From an uncultured Atopobium sp. (lineage in GTDB: Bacteria > Actinomycetota > Coriobacteriia > Coriobacteriales > Atopobiaceae), in NCBI GenBank assembly GCA_946999785.1, contig CAMQEO010000001.1, positions 1 through 51,629 of the forward strand: a DNA stretch of 51,629 nt. Direction: 5' to 3'. The translations under genes and the position numbers were made by a program. Below the pieces are notes generated by a model. The model was not told the origin of the DNA. It saw only the letters and a program-made list of their open reading frames with translations, and ran no database searches. Below, in pieces: positions 10,547 to 20,832 of this stretch (positions are counted from its first letter, which is position 1; each line of letters starts with the position of its first letter).

Positions 10547-13500
10547 ATGGCTTTTGTTCATTTGCATAATCATTCGTTTTTTTCTGTTTTGGATGCATCA
10601 ACTTCCATTCAGGATATGGTGGACGCAGCAGTTGCTCAACACATGCACGCGCTTGCGCTTACCGATCATGCATATATGTTTGGGATCCCAGATTTCGATT
10701 TAGCATGCAGAAAATATAACGATAATGCTGCCGATATGAAGCAGTACAAACACGACGTTGAATGCTATGAAAAACAGTGGGATAACAAAGAGCCTAAGGC
10801 AGATGACCCTGATGCTGCGCCTCACGATAGATGTCATGCACAATGGGAAAAAGATAAGCGTATTTGGGACGAAACGCATGATATCGAACGCGTTCGCGCG
10901 CAAAAGCCTGAGCCTCTCATTAAGCCTATTTTTGGATGTGAGGCAAACCTCATTCCTGATCAGTGCATCGAAAAAGGAACGCCACAAAAACGCTATCACC
11001 TAACACTTTTGGTAAAGAATGCTGTGGGCTACGTTAACTTAATGAAAATGATGTCACTTGCGGCAAACCAAATGATGTATTACAAGCCTCGTACTACGTT
11101 TGCCATGTTGGAAAAGTACCATGAAGGCCTTATCTGTTTAAGCGGTTGTGCGCATGGTGTTATCGCCCAAATGATAGTTACGCAGCAATACGATGCCGCG
11201 CGCGCGTGGGCGCAAAAATTTAAGGCTTTGTTTGGTGATGATTTTTATCTCGAAATCCAAGATCACGGTGTTTCTTTGGATTCTTGGAACGGTATGTCTG
11301 AACAAATGATTGCACAACGCATTGTTCAACTGGGAAAAGAAGAAGGAATACCCGTTGTTGCAACTAATGACAATCATTATTTTCATCAAGATGACGTTGA
11401 AACGCGCGATATCTTAAGCTGTATAGGTGCCAACACCCATCTCGACGAAAATTACCAGTCAACGCTTCCTGGTTCAGAGTTTTATTTTAAGTCCGAAGAA
11501 CAAATGCGCGCACTTTTTGCATGGGTTCCTGAGGCCGTAGACGAAAGCGTTCGCATAGCCGCAAAATGTTCGTTTGAACTTGACTGGACGCACATGTATC
11601 TTCCTAAGTTTCCTGGTTTGCGCGAAGGCGAAACATCAGAGGAACGTTTCCGTAGTGAATGCGAACAAGGTTTGGCACGCAAATACGGCGAACAATGGCA
11701 AGACGTTACCATTAACGGCGTAAATGTAAAAGAGCGTTTTGAGTATGAATATGGCGTTATTTGTTTTAAAGGTTTTGCTGACTACTTTTTAATTGTTCAA
11801 GAGTATGTTCGATGGGCAAAAGAGCATGGTATTGGAGTTGGTCCTGGTCGTGGTTCAGCGGCAGGTGCTATTGTTGCATACGCTATGGACATTACGGCAT
11901 TTGATCCACTTGAAAACGGCCTGATGTTTGAGCGTTTCTTGTCACTCGAGCGTACCGAGATGCCCGATATTGATATGGACTTCGACGATGAGCGTCGTTT
12001 GGAAGTTGTGCAACATGTTCGTGAACTGTATGGTTCTGATCGTGTGTGTCACGTTATTACGTACTCAACCATTAAGGCAAAACAGGCAATTAACGATGCC
12101 GCTCGTGTTTTGGGGTATCCCGTTGCAACTGCGCAAAAATTGTCCAAAATGGTTTCAAGTGACCCAAAGACTAAGCTCAAATTTGTGCTTTCAAAAACTG
12201 AAGGCAAAGAGGACATGTATAACCCCGATTTTGTGGATGCTTACCATAATAATGGTGATGAGCACCGCATTATTGATGCTGCGCGCTCTATTGAAGGTAT
12301 CATTCGTGGCGAAGGCGTGCATGCCTGCGCTATTCTTATTGCACCAACACCTGTTAATGACCACGTTCCCACTAAGCTTGACACCAAAGGTGGCGTAGAA
12401 ATTACCCAATACGAAGGACATTCCGTTGCGGATATGGGTCTGTTAAAGATGGACTTTTTGGGTTTGCGTACCTTAACCGTTATTTCTAAAGCACTTGATA
12501 ACATTCGTGCTAGTTATCCCGACTTAAGCAAGCTTGATTCTTTGGGTGATGGAGTTAAAGCTTGCCTTAAACCAGGAGCTACTTGCATTGATATTGATCC
12601 GCAAAAAATACCTTTTACCGATCCGCGCATTTTTCAGTTGGTTGGTTCGGGACGAACTGCTGGCGTGTTCCAAATTGAATCGGAAGGCATGACAGCAACC
12701 ATCAAAAATATGAAACCAAAAGAGTTTCGCCAAATTGTAGCTTTAATTGCCTTGTATCGCCCGGGACCTTTGGGCGCAGGAATGGTAACAAGCTATATTA
12801 ACCGTATGAACGGTCGTGAACCTGTTGTCTTTTATGATGACAGACTTTCAGACATTTTGGACGAAACATACGGAACTATTGTATATCAAGAGCAGGTTAT
12901 GCAGATTTCGGTAAAAATGAGTGGTTTTTCTAAAGGAGAGAGCGACTCTAAAATCAGAAAACCTGTTGCAAAGAAAAAAATTGCGCTTTTAACCAGTACC
13001 ATTTTTCACTGGGAAAACGGTCGCGATGAAACAACATATGACCATTGGATGAATGGTGCAAGTGCAAACGGCTATAAAAAAGAAGTTGCACAACGTATTT
13101 GGGACGATGTTTTGGAATTTGCATCGTATGCGTTTAACAAATCGCACTCTGCAGGCTATGCTATTTTGGTTATGCAAACAGCCTGGTTAAAAGCATATTT
13201 TCCGCGTGAATACATGGCATCGGTGCTTACATCGTATATGGGTAAAACCAACAAAATTGTCCACTATATTAGTGCATGTAATCACGAGGGTATTAAAATT
13301 TTACCACCTGATATTAACGAGTCTGGTCGTGATTTTACGGCAACACCACAAGGAATTCGTTTTGGATTTGCTGGTATCCGCGGTGTTGGCGAAAATGTTG
13401 GTATTGCTATTATGCAAGAGCGCAAAAAAGGTGGCCCATTTGCAAATTTGCACGATTTTGTAAAGCGCGTTAATTCTGCTCAAGCAAACCGCCGTGTTGT

Positions 13501-14455
13501 AGAAGCTCTTATCAAGGCTGGTGCGTTTGATTCGTGTGGATATCCGCGCAAGCAGCTTATGGGATTTATTGATAAAAACAACCCTAAAAATATTATTGAT
13601 GAGGCCGCACGTCACGAAAAAGATCGTTCTATGGGACAGTTGTCGCTGTTTGATTATTTTGGATCGGTTGAAGGATCGGGATTTGAAGAAAAAATTCCTC
13701 CTGCAGATCCGCATGATCGCTGGGAAGATGGATTTATGCTTTCGCAAGAGCGCGAAGTATTAGGTATTTATGTTACCGACCATCCTCTGCGTCCGTATCA
13801 GGTTGCTTTGCGCCGTTCACGTGATTTTACGTTAAGTGAGTTGGAAGAAAGTAAAGAAGTTATTGACGAACAAAGTGGTGCCACGCATTTAGAATACAAA
13901 GTTCCCGAAGGAAAAACAATACATTTAGCAGGTATGACGGCAACGGGTCTTATTCAACGCCGTCTTACTAAAACGGGAAAGCAGATGGCTATTGTTACGC
14001 TTGAAGATATGGAAGGACAGATTCCCTTAGTTGTATTTCCTAAGGTGTTTGAAGCGTCATCTGCACTGCTTAAAGGTGAAGTTTTGGAGTCGCTTGACAG
14101 CAGCGGCGAAAACATTTTTCTCAAGGTTACAGGTAAACTTGAGCGTGGTGAGCGCGGTAATCAAGTTATTGTAGAGTCTTTGGCACCGCTTCAGCTTTCA
14201 GGTGCAATTAACTCCATTCATGTGATAGAAATCGGCCTTTCTACGTCAAAACTCTCTACGCCATATTTTGAAATGCTGCGAAGCGTGCTTGTGCGTTATC
14301 CTGGACTTGATAGGGTTGAGTTGCTGTACGAAAGTTCGGCACATGATATTATGCATATGGAGTTACCTCTTACGGTAGATGCGTGCGATCCGCTGCTCAA
14401 GGCCGAGATTGAGGATATGTTTGGTTCTGATTGTCGAGTGAGTGTGTTTATCTAA
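10547..14455 (+). CDS. dnaE: DNA polymerase III alpha subunit
   Basis: PHP domain (HLHNHS, TDH), GPGRGSAAG, MPDIDMDFD, KMDFLGL, YAFNKSHS, OB fold. Confidence 0.97.
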   Translation: MAFVHLHNHSFFSVLDASTSIQDMVDAAVAQHMHALALTDHAYMFGIPDFDLACRKYNDNAADMKQYKHDVECYEKQWDNKEPKADDPDAAPHDRCHAQWEKDKRIWDETHDIERVRAQKPEPLIKPIFGCEANLIPDQCIEKGTPQKRYHLTLLVKNAVGYVNLMKMMSLAANQMMYYKPRTTFAMLEKYHEGLICLSGCAHGVIAQMIVTQQYDAARAWAQKFKALFGDDFYLEIQDHGVSLDSWNGMSEQMIAQRIVQLGKEEGIPVVATNDNHYFHQDDVETRDILSCIGANTHLDENYQSTLPGSEFYFKSEEQMRALFAWVPEAVDESVRIAAKCSFELDWTHMYLPKFPGLREGETSEERFRSECEQGLARKYGEQWQDVTINGVNVKERFEYEYGVICFKGFADYFLIVQEYVRWAKEHGIGVGPGRGSAAGAIVAYAMDITAFDPLENGLMFERFLSLERTEMPDIDMDFDDERRLEVVQHVRELYGSDRVCHVITYSTIKAKQAINDAARVLGYPVATAQKLSKMVSSDPKTKLKFVLSKTEGKEDMYNPDFVDAYHNNGDEHRIIDAARSIEGIIRGEGVHACAILIAPTPVNDHVPTKLDTKGGVEITQYEGHSVADMGLLKMDFLGLRTLTVISKALDNIRASYPDLSKLDSLGDGVKACLKPGATCIDIDPQKIPFTDPRIFQLVGSGRTAGVFQIESEGMTATIKNMKPKEFRQIVALIALYRPGPLGAGMVTSYINRMNGREPVVFYDDRLSDILDETYGTIVYQEQVMQISVKMSGFSKGESDSKIRKPVAKKKIALLTSTIFHWENGRDETTYDHWMNGASANGYKKEVAQRIWDDVLEFASYAFNKSHSAGYAILVMQTAWLKAYFPREYMASVLTSYMGKTNKIVHYISACNHEGIKILPPDINESGRDFTATPQGIRFGFAGIRGVGENVGIAIMQERKKGGPFANLHDFVKRVNSAQANRRVVEALIKAGAFDSCGYPRKQLMGFIDKNNPKNIIDEAARHEKDRSMGQLSLFDYFGSVEGSGFEEKIPPADPHDRWEDGFMLSQEREVLGIYVTDHPLRPYQVALRRSRDFTLSELEESKEVIDEQSGATHLEYKVPEGKTIHLAGMTATGLIQRRLTKTGKQMAIVTLEDMEGQIPLVVFPKVFEASSALLKGEVLESLDSSGENIFLKVTGKLERGERGNQVIVESLAPLQLSGAINSIHVIEIGLSTSKLSTPYFEMLRSVLVRYPGLDRVELLYESSAHDIMHMELPLTVDACDPLLKAEIEDMFGSDCRVSVFI

Positions 14456-14559
14456 AGGGTTGTAAGCGTGCTCGGTAAGAGTTGCGTAAGTTCAACGCAT
14501 GATACCATGCTTACTCAAATGGCGTTGTGCGGTGTTAGTATAAAGTTTTGGAGCGATTC

Positions 14560-17304
14560 ATGAATATATTGATGATACATACGCGCCTTATTTGTTCAAC
14601 AGTTGCCGAAATGCTTGCCAAGCTTGAAGAACTTGACGCATATGCCACACGTCATGCAGTTGATTTAATTATTGTTCCACGTAGTTTTACCAATGCGTGC
14701 TTGAAAGTAGGTATAGCAGATCCATCTTCTTTGGCGCGCTCTTCGCGCTGTGATGATTTAGATGTGCGCTTGCGCTGCTTGTATACCATGGCGCTCCATG
14801 TGAAAACACCTTTGTTAGCTCCTTGTGATTGGATTTTTGCCTCGCGTGAGTATCCGTGCGCATTTCTTCTTGAAGAACGCTTGCCGCGTCGTGTTACTCG
14901 TTTTAGCTTGTGTCATCAAAGATTTGTGTGTACATTTTCGCCGCGTAATTTAGATGCATACAAAAAATACGAGCCACATGGAATCATCCTGTTTGACTCT
15001 CAACCACTTTCGCTCTCGTCTGCGCTCGAGTTTGTAAATGCGTCTGCACATACATCTTCAAGTGCGGCTGAAAATACGTCTTCATGTACGGCTAAAAACG
15101 AGGCTAAAAACGCTGCTACAGCCACGGTTGCAACTAAGCTCGCGCACGTAACGCCGTTTATGCAGGATGCTTCGATAACTCCTACCATATGTCCTGTATA
15201 TGTAGTGCCAAGTATTGGTTGCATAAACAATAAACTTTATTCAGCACCAAGTTTTGTTTTGCAACCACATGGAACAATTAACGCGTATTGTGCACCCTTT
15301 GAACAGCGCATTTGTTTGTATAACACCAATCAATCACCAACATCTAAAGACAAACTATCAACTCAAAAACTATCAACTCGTATTCAAAAAAATCCCGACT
15401 CTGCTTACATGCATATCTGGGATGCACTTTGTATGGGTATTCAGGATAAGTGCGCAACCTTTGGCACGCGCGAAGTTGTTTGCGTCATGGATGGTGGTCT
15501 TGCAAGTAGCGTGCTTGCTGCGTTATTAGTTGATGCACTTGGTGCTTTGCACGTGCACGCGTTGATTGCGCCTCGCGAATGCTCGTATGATTTTACATCT
15601 GCCAACACATTGGCAACTGCGTTAGGAATTGATGCTCGTACCTGCAACGATATGTCGTACGGTCAAGGTTTTAGAACGCTGCAAGAAAAAATACATGTTC
15701 GCGAAGCTGCGCTTGTTGGCTATGCACAAACATGGGCACAAACGCTTTCGGCTGTGTTGGTAAGTTCGTGCGACAAGCTTTCGTATATGCTGGGTGCATA
15801 CACACTTTTTGACACATGCGCGCGCATTGCTCCACTTGCCGACCTCTTACGTTGCGATATCGAGCGTCTTGCGCGTGCACGCATGTCTCGTTCGGCTCTT
15901 TTTTCAACCTGTGAATATAAAAATATTGAATATCAAAGGCTGCAAGAATGTCTGCCTGCGTCTGCTACCTGTGATGTTCGTACACTTGATAGCAACTTGC
16001 ATGATTATCTTTACCAGCGAATATCAGCGTCTAAGCAGTCTCACGCCACTCAGCCTTGTGCCGCTCAGCCCCGTGCTGCACAGCCCCGTGCTGCACAGCC
16101 CCGTGTTACGCAATCTTGCCCTACTCAAGAAGAAATCGACTTCTTTACGTTGTGTTTGAATAAACTTTCGAGTACGCTTGCCGCACCATTTGATACATTC
16201 ACGCTTTCTGATTGCCCCATCTCGGCATGCATTTTATCTGCTCAAGCCGATAATTTATCAGCTGCTCTGGTGCAAACAGGCCTGTCATCACAGCTGTTTC
16301 AAAAGATAGATCTGTCGTTGATACAGGCTTTTCCTCGTTCACCTGAGTCTTTGCTTCAATTGTTCGGATCAGATGGCGACGACGCAGATCCAGACGACGC
16401 AGAGGAAGATGACATAGACCCAGACGATCCATATCTTGATGATGACGACGATGATGAACTTGATGAGGACATCCTTTTGCGTCAAATTGGCGCGCGTGAT
16501 GCGGATCCAAGCGCTGATAGGGACGTTATAAACCATGCACAATCCCTTAAAGCATGGCTTGAGAGCCATGGTTTTCAGACGCTTCCTGTTGCAGGTGGAT
16601 TTATGACGGTGGGTAATGCGCGCGATATTGACGAAAACGAATTACGCAAGCTTTTGCAATCGCTTCCGGGCGATATAGATAGTCACATTATGCAGGCCAA
16701 TATCGAAGTTCCAAGTGATTCTGTGAGCGACTTTGAAACATTTATGAAAGATATTCAGCGTGCGTTTGATAAGACGTCTAAGGATTCTCAAGAGCATACC
16801 TCAGGCGACACTCAAAGCAACACATCGGATAAGACAATTGATAAATTTATTCGCGATCTACAACATGCGTTTGATCTCAAAAATAAGATTAGAGCTCAAA
16901 AAGCGGCTCGTTCACAGGCACGTCCGCAAGATCAGTCGATTCAAGATTTGGTGGACGATATTTTGAACGCGCGGCCGCTTTCACATGAAGAAAGTTTTTA
17001 TATTTTAGACAATCAGCTTGATACGTTTGAGAATATGGAGTTTCGTGCAAACAACACCCATCAGTCAAATGCACATGATGCCTCGTTTACCAAACTTATG
17101 AACAAAAAGCTTACCTCAGCGCATGCCGAGCGCCATTTGAAATTTATTTTGGGTACAGTACGTGACTTTTGCTATGGTGGCGTGTTTTATAATCATGCGC
17201 AGCGTCCCACGCGCACTTCTCATGTAAATACATCATCTGTATCGGGTACGTCTTTGCAGATGACGCACGAGTTAGATGACAATAATCCGTATTCTGAAAA
17301 CTAA
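14560..17304 (+). CDS. Degenerate glutamine-dependent NAD+ synthetase (NadE)-like protein with acidic C-terminal extension
   Basis: HIWDALCMGIQDKCATFGTREVVCVMDGGLASSVLAALLVDALGALHVHALIAP and SSCDKLSYMLG...IAPLADLLRCDIERLARAR follow the NadE synthetase pattern, with SGGxDS changed to DGGLAS. N-terminal VDLIIVPRSF resembles the CN-hydrolase DLxxFPE motif. ATG at 14560 after GGAG. Confidence 0.7.
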   Translation: MNILMIHTRLICSTVAEMLAKLEELDAYATRHAVDLIIVPRSFTNACLKVGIADPSSLARSSRCDDLDVRLRCLYTMALHVKTPLLAPCDWIFASREYPCAFLLEERLPRRVTRFSLCHQRFVCTFSPRNLDAYKKYEPHGIILFDSQPLSLSSALEFVNASAHTSSSAAENTSSCTAKNEAKNAATATVATKLAHVTPFMQDASITPTICPVYVVPSIGCINNKLYSAPSFVLQPHGTINAYCAPFEQRICLYNTNQSPTSKDKLSTQKLSTRIQKNPDSAYMHIWDALCMGIQDKCATFGTREVVCVMDGGLASSVLAALLVDALGALHVHALIAPRECSYDFTSANTLATALGIDARTCNDMSYGQGFRTLQEKIHVREAALVGYAQTWAQTLSAVLVSSCDKLSYMLGAYTLFDTCARIAPLADLLRCDIERLARARMSRSALFSTCEYKNIEYQRLQECLPASATCDVRTLDSNLHDYLYQRISASKQSHATQPCAAQPRAAQPRAAQPRVTQSCPTQEEIDFFTLCLNKLSSTLAAPFDTFTLSDCPISACILSAQADNLSAALVQTGLSSQLFQKIDLSLIQAFPRSPESLLQLFGSDGDDADPDDAEEDDIDPDDPYLDDDDDDELDEDILLRQIGARDADPSADRDVINHAQSLKAWLESHGFQTLPVAGGFMTVGNARDIDENELRKLLQSLPGDIDSHIMQANIEVPSDSVSDFETFMKDIQRAFDKTSKDSQEHTSGDTQSNTSDKTIDKFIRDLQHAFDLKNKIRAQKAARSQARPQDQSIQDLVDDILNARPLSHEESFYILDNQLDTFENMEFRANNTHQSNAHDASFTKLMNKKLTSAHAERHLKFILGTVRDFCYGGVFYNHAQRPTRTSHVNTSSVSGTSLQMTHELDDNNPYSEN
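16036..16125 (+). repeat. In-frame 15-bp tandem repeat (QPRAA), 6 units
   Basis: CAGTCTCACGCCACT CAGCCTTGTGCCGCT CAGCCCCGTGCTGCA CAGCCCCGTGCTGCA CAGCCCCGTGTTACG CAATCTTGCCCTACT. Confidence 0.9.
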
Positions 17305-17337
17305 GTCCTTAAATCTCATCCACATTGTCAAAGAATC

Positions 17338-17360
17338 TGATATACTAGAACTAATGTTCC
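17338..17360 (+). promoter_or_regulatory. Extended -10 promoter (TGaTATACT) followed by a LexA/SOS box (GAAC-TAAT-GTTC)
   Basis: TG-n-TATACT at 17338-17346; GAAC-N4-GTTC at 17348-17359, about 30 bp upstream of ruvC. Confidence 0.78.
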
Positions 17361-17389
17361 GGTTATCGGGATGATACTAAGGAGATAGC

Positions 17390-18040
17390 ATGGTAATCCT
17401 AGGAATAGACCCAGGACTTGCACATACAGGATGGGGTATTGTGGAAACACGTGGGAGTGTGTATCGCGCACGTGCGTACGATTGCGTGGTTACCACCTCT
17501 GCTCAGTCGTTGCCCGAACGTCTTGATGCTATTTATCAGGGAATTTCCTATGCTATTGAGCGCTATCAGCCAGTGCATGTGGCTATTGAAAAAATATTTT
17601 TTGGCGAAAATGTGCGTTCTGCCATAGATACGGCACATTCACGCGGTGCGGCACTTGTTGCGTGTGCTCGTGCAGGTGTTGTTTTGGGCGAGTATACTCC
17701 CATGCAGATTAAACAAGCTGTTGTTGGTACGGGTTCAGCCGATAAACGTCAAGTGATCTTTATGGTTAGAAATATTTTGAACCTCGATCACGACCCAAGA
17801 CCCGATCACTGTGCCGATGCGTTAGCTGCGGCAATTTGCCATGCGAGTTTACTTCGTACGCAGCAAGCGGCATATCAAAGTGCTTCGGTAGAAATGCTTG
17901 AGCAGCAACGTGCCGAAGCCCTTCAACACAAACTACAGGCTCGTGCGCTTACGGCAGCTGCAAGCAAGGCTCATTCCGATTATGCTCACGGCATTGGAAA
18001 TGTTATGGATAAGACACGTCAGAGTAGGAGAAATAAATAA
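17390..18040 (+). CDS. ruvC: Holliday junction resolvase RuvC
   Basis: ILGIDPG, AIEKIFF, YTPMQIKQAVVG, DHCADALAAAICH; C-terminal extension. Confidence 0.96.
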   Translation: MVILGIDPGLAHTGWGIVETRGSVYRARAYDCVVTTSAQSLPERLDAIYQGISYAIERYQPVHVAIEKIFFGENVRSAIDTAHSRGAALVACARAGVVLGEYTPMQIKQAVVGTGSADKRQVIFMVRNILNLDHDPRPDHCADALAAAICHASLLRTQQAAYQSASVEMLEQQRAEALQHKLQARALTAAASKAHSDYAHGIGNVMDKTRQSRRNK

Positions 18041-18684
18041 TGATTGTTCAGCTTACAGGAACACTTGTTGAAGTCTTTCCAAACTCGGTGGTCTTAGACG
18101 TACAGGGTGTGGGTTATGAATTAGGAATTTCTGCCAATACGGCTGCCAATTTACCTGCATGTGGTCAAACGGCTGTTACGCTGTTAGTTAGAATGATCGT
18201 TAAAGAAAACGCTATGGAGCTCTATGGCTTTTCTTCACGCCAAGAAAGAAACGCGTTTGATAGGCTTATTGGTATTTCGGGTGTAGGCCCTAAACTTGCG
18301 CTGGCGGTTTTGTCAACATATTCTTTATCAGATTTGGCAACAATTGCGCTATCTGAAGACGTTACACGTATGGCACAGGTGCCAGGCGTTGGAAAAAAGA
18401 AAGCGCAACGTTTGCTTATAGAGTTAGCCGATGTGTTTGCAAAAGATGCCGAGCTTCGTATTTTGGCTTCTGCCGAGGAAAAGTCATCTGGCGCGTGTGC
18501 GCAAGCACCGCAGCACAGTGTACTTGATGACGCGCAATCGGCATTATTGGCTATGGGCTTTACACCTCAAGAAGTTGAGCTTGCTCTTAAACCGTATGAT
18601 AAAAAAGAATGCAATGATAATTCATCGCTTACGGCACAAACCGTTATTACGCAAGCGCTTAAACGCTTAGGAGGCAGATTATAG
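18040..18684 (+). CDS. ruvA: Holliday junction branch migration protein RuvA
   Basis: [39 protein letters not shown] coupling with ruvC. Confidence 0.96.
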   Translation: MIVQLTGTLVEVFPNSVVLDVQGVGYELGISANTAANLPACGQTAVTLLVRMIVKENAMELYGFSSRQERNAFDRLIGISGVGPKLALAVLSTYSLSDLATIALSEDVTRMAQVPGVGKKKAQRLLIELADVFAKDAELRILASAEEKSSGACAQAPQHSVLDDAQSALLAMGFTPQEVELALKPYDKKECNDNSSLTAQTVITQALKRLGGRL

Positions 18685-19790
18685 TGTGGGTAGCAGACGA
18701 AGAAAACCTCTTTGCCGATAGCGCTTCAAGCATGCACTCGCATGCTTTACAGCACGAGCGCGAAACAGATACTCAAGCACATAACGCAGGTGCTTCGCGG
18801 AGTGTGGCGTGTGAACTTACCGAAGATGATATAGATGTTGAGCGTAGTTTACGACCCGAGTCGCTGGGAGAATATTGCGGACAAACGCGCGTGCGCGAAA
18901 ACCTTCGTGTCCTTATTTCTGCTGCAAAGGATAGGGGAGAAACCCTCGATCACGTGTTGTTTTCGGGCCCTCCAGGTTTAGGAAAAACAACACTTGCTTC
19001 AATTGTTGCTCATGAAATGGGCGCGCGCCTTAAAACAACGTCTGGTCCGGCAATTGCCAGAACAGGTGATTTAGCTGCTATTTTGACAAATCTTCAAGAG
19101 GGCGATGTCTTATTTGTCGACGAGATCCATCGCCTTAATCATCAGGTAGAAGAAGTTCTCTATCCAGCAATGGAAGATTTTTTCCTTGATATTGTTATTG
19201 GAAAAGGGCCGGCCGCGCGTTCGATACGTTTAGATGTGCCTCACTTTACCCTCATTGGTGCCACCACAAGAACGGGCTTGTTAACAGGACCTTTGCGTGA
19301 CCGTTTTGGAATTTCGTATCGCCTTGATTATTATACGGTGGACGAGCTGGCCGAAATTGTAAAACGCAGTGCAGGGATTCTTGAAGTTCGTATCGACGAT
19401 ACAGGCGCACAAGAAATTGCATCGCGTTCGCGCGGTACACCTCGTCTTGCAAATCGCCTTCTTAAGCGTGTACGAGATTATGCGCAGGTAAAAGCTCATG
19501 GCGAAATATCTTGGGATGTTGCCGCACAGGCCTTATCGTTCTTTGAAATTGACGAAATGGGCTTAGACTGGATGGACAAAAAGATATTATCGGTATTAAC
19601 GCAAACATTTAGAGGCAAAGCGGTTGGGCTTACTACCATTGCTTCTGCGGTAGGAGAAGATCCAGCTACCCTAGAAGATGTCTACGAGCCGTATTTGCTT
19701 CAACGGGGGCTGTTAATTCGTACGCCACAGGGCAGACAGGCAACGTCGCTTGCGTTTACGCATTTAGGCTTGCATGCTCCAACTGCATAG
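18684..19790 (+). CDS. ruvB: Holliday junction helicase RuvB
   Basis: [49 protein letters not shown]. Confidence 0.97.
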   Translation: MWVADEENLFADSASSMHSHALQHERETDTQAHNAGASRSVACELTEDDIDVERSLRPESLGEYCGQTRVRENLRVLISAAKDRGETLDHVLFSGPPGLGKTTLASIVAHEMGARLKTTSGPAIARTGDLAAILTNLQEGDVLFVDEIHRLNHQVEEVLYPAMEDFFLDIVIGKGPAARSIRLDVPHFTLIGATTRTGLLTGPLRDRFGISYRLDYYTVDELAEIVKRSAGILEVRIDDTGAQEIASRSRGTPRLANRLLKRVRDYAQVKAHGEISWDVAAQALSFFEIDEMGLDWMDKKILSVLTQTFRGKAVGLTTIASAVGEDPATLEDVYEPYLLQRGLLIRTPQGRQATSLAFTHLGLHAPTA

Positions 19791-19867
19791 ATGCCAAGCT
19801 TATATATAGGTGCTGTGATATAGGTGCTGTGCGAGATAGTTTTGTGTTCATAACGAAAGGAGAATCC

Positions 19868-20260
19868 ATGATTCATAAGGATTTTCTTGAAGAAGCAATT
19901 AAAAAATTTGTAGAAGGCGTATCTAAGCCTTTGGAATATGCGCTTCTTAAGAAAGACATAACACATCTAGGTGATGCTGACGCAGCAATTGCAGAATTAC
20001 TTGAGATGAATTCAGCAGTTGTTATGCAGCTTGCTCCTGCTTCTTTGGTAACGATGATGAAACTTTCTCAAGTTGGTGCTGCAATTGCCCAATATGTTTC
20101 GTATGTTTTACGCCTTGAAGCACGCGCATATCAAAGCGCACAACATGATGAGCTTAGCAGCTTACGATTAAACCAAGCGCGCGCAATTGAAGAAGCATTT
20201 GACTGCGAACCAGATACTATTCCGCCAGAATTTAGTGATCTAAACACAAAGCTGGGATAA
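19868..20260 (+). CDS. Hypothetical helical protein (130 aa)
   Basis: Strong RBS GAAAGGAG before ATG 19868; directly downstream of ruvB; no motif recognised with confidence. Confidence 0.75.
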   Translation: MIHKDFLEEAIKKFVEGVSKPLEYALLKKDITHLGDADAAIAELLEMNSAVVMQLAPASLVTMMKLSQVGAAIAQYVSYVLRLEARAYQSAQHDELSSLRLNQARAIEEAFDCEPDTIPPEFSDLNTKLG

Positions 20261-20461
20261 GTCTTAAAGAAACAGTTATATTTTTCGACTCAATTGGCGC
20301 TGTTTTAGAGTATGATAGATAATGTTCTTGTAAAAAGCTGGTTTCTCTATGTTACAAGTTACGTATGTGGTGAAACGGTTTCTTTATAAGTGACAGTTAG
20401 TTTGCGCATACATGATGTATGCACCTATTTGGTCCAGTAGGACAAGAAAGAAAGGCACGAC

Positions 20462-20665
20462 ATGGCTCAGGGTACTGTAAAATGGTTTAATCCAGACAAG
20501 GGCTACGGTTTTATTTCTCGCGAAGATGGCGATGATTTATTCGTACACTTTAGCGAGATTAAAATGGACGGCTTTAAAACTTTGGATGAAGGCCAAGCTG
20601 TAGAGTTTGATATTACTACCGGTCAAAACGGTAAACTTCAAGCTTCTAATGTTCGCAAAGCATAA
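20462..20665 (+). CDS. csp: Cold-shock protein (CspA family)
   Basis: [15 protein letters not shown] (RNP1), DLFVHFSEI (RNP2). Confidence 0.97.
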   Translation: MAQGTVKWFNPDKGYGFISREDGDDLFVHFSEIKMDGFKTLDEGQAVEFDITTGQNGKLQASNVRKA

Positions 20666-20739
20666 CTCATTTGGAGTTATACGTATAAATTAGCTTTACC
20701 GTGAGTTCATTGTTTGTACTTATTTAGAAGGCTGATTGG

Positions 20740-20772
20740 AAAGAGAGTCGCATGTACGCGGCTCTCTTTTTG
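20740..20772 (+). terminator. Intrinsic terminator after csp
   Basis: AAAGAGAGTCGC-atgtac-GCGGCTCTCTTT followed by further Ts. Confidence 0.85.
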
Positions 20773-20832
20773 TCGTGAAAATTCATGTTTATATGCATAT
20801 ATATTTACCTATAAGAAGTTATAAAGGAAATT

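Noticed and set aside
10547..14455. Intein in the unusually long DnaE
   Set aside because: No C/S...HN splice junctions or LAGLIDADG motifs; the extra length comes from several small insertions.
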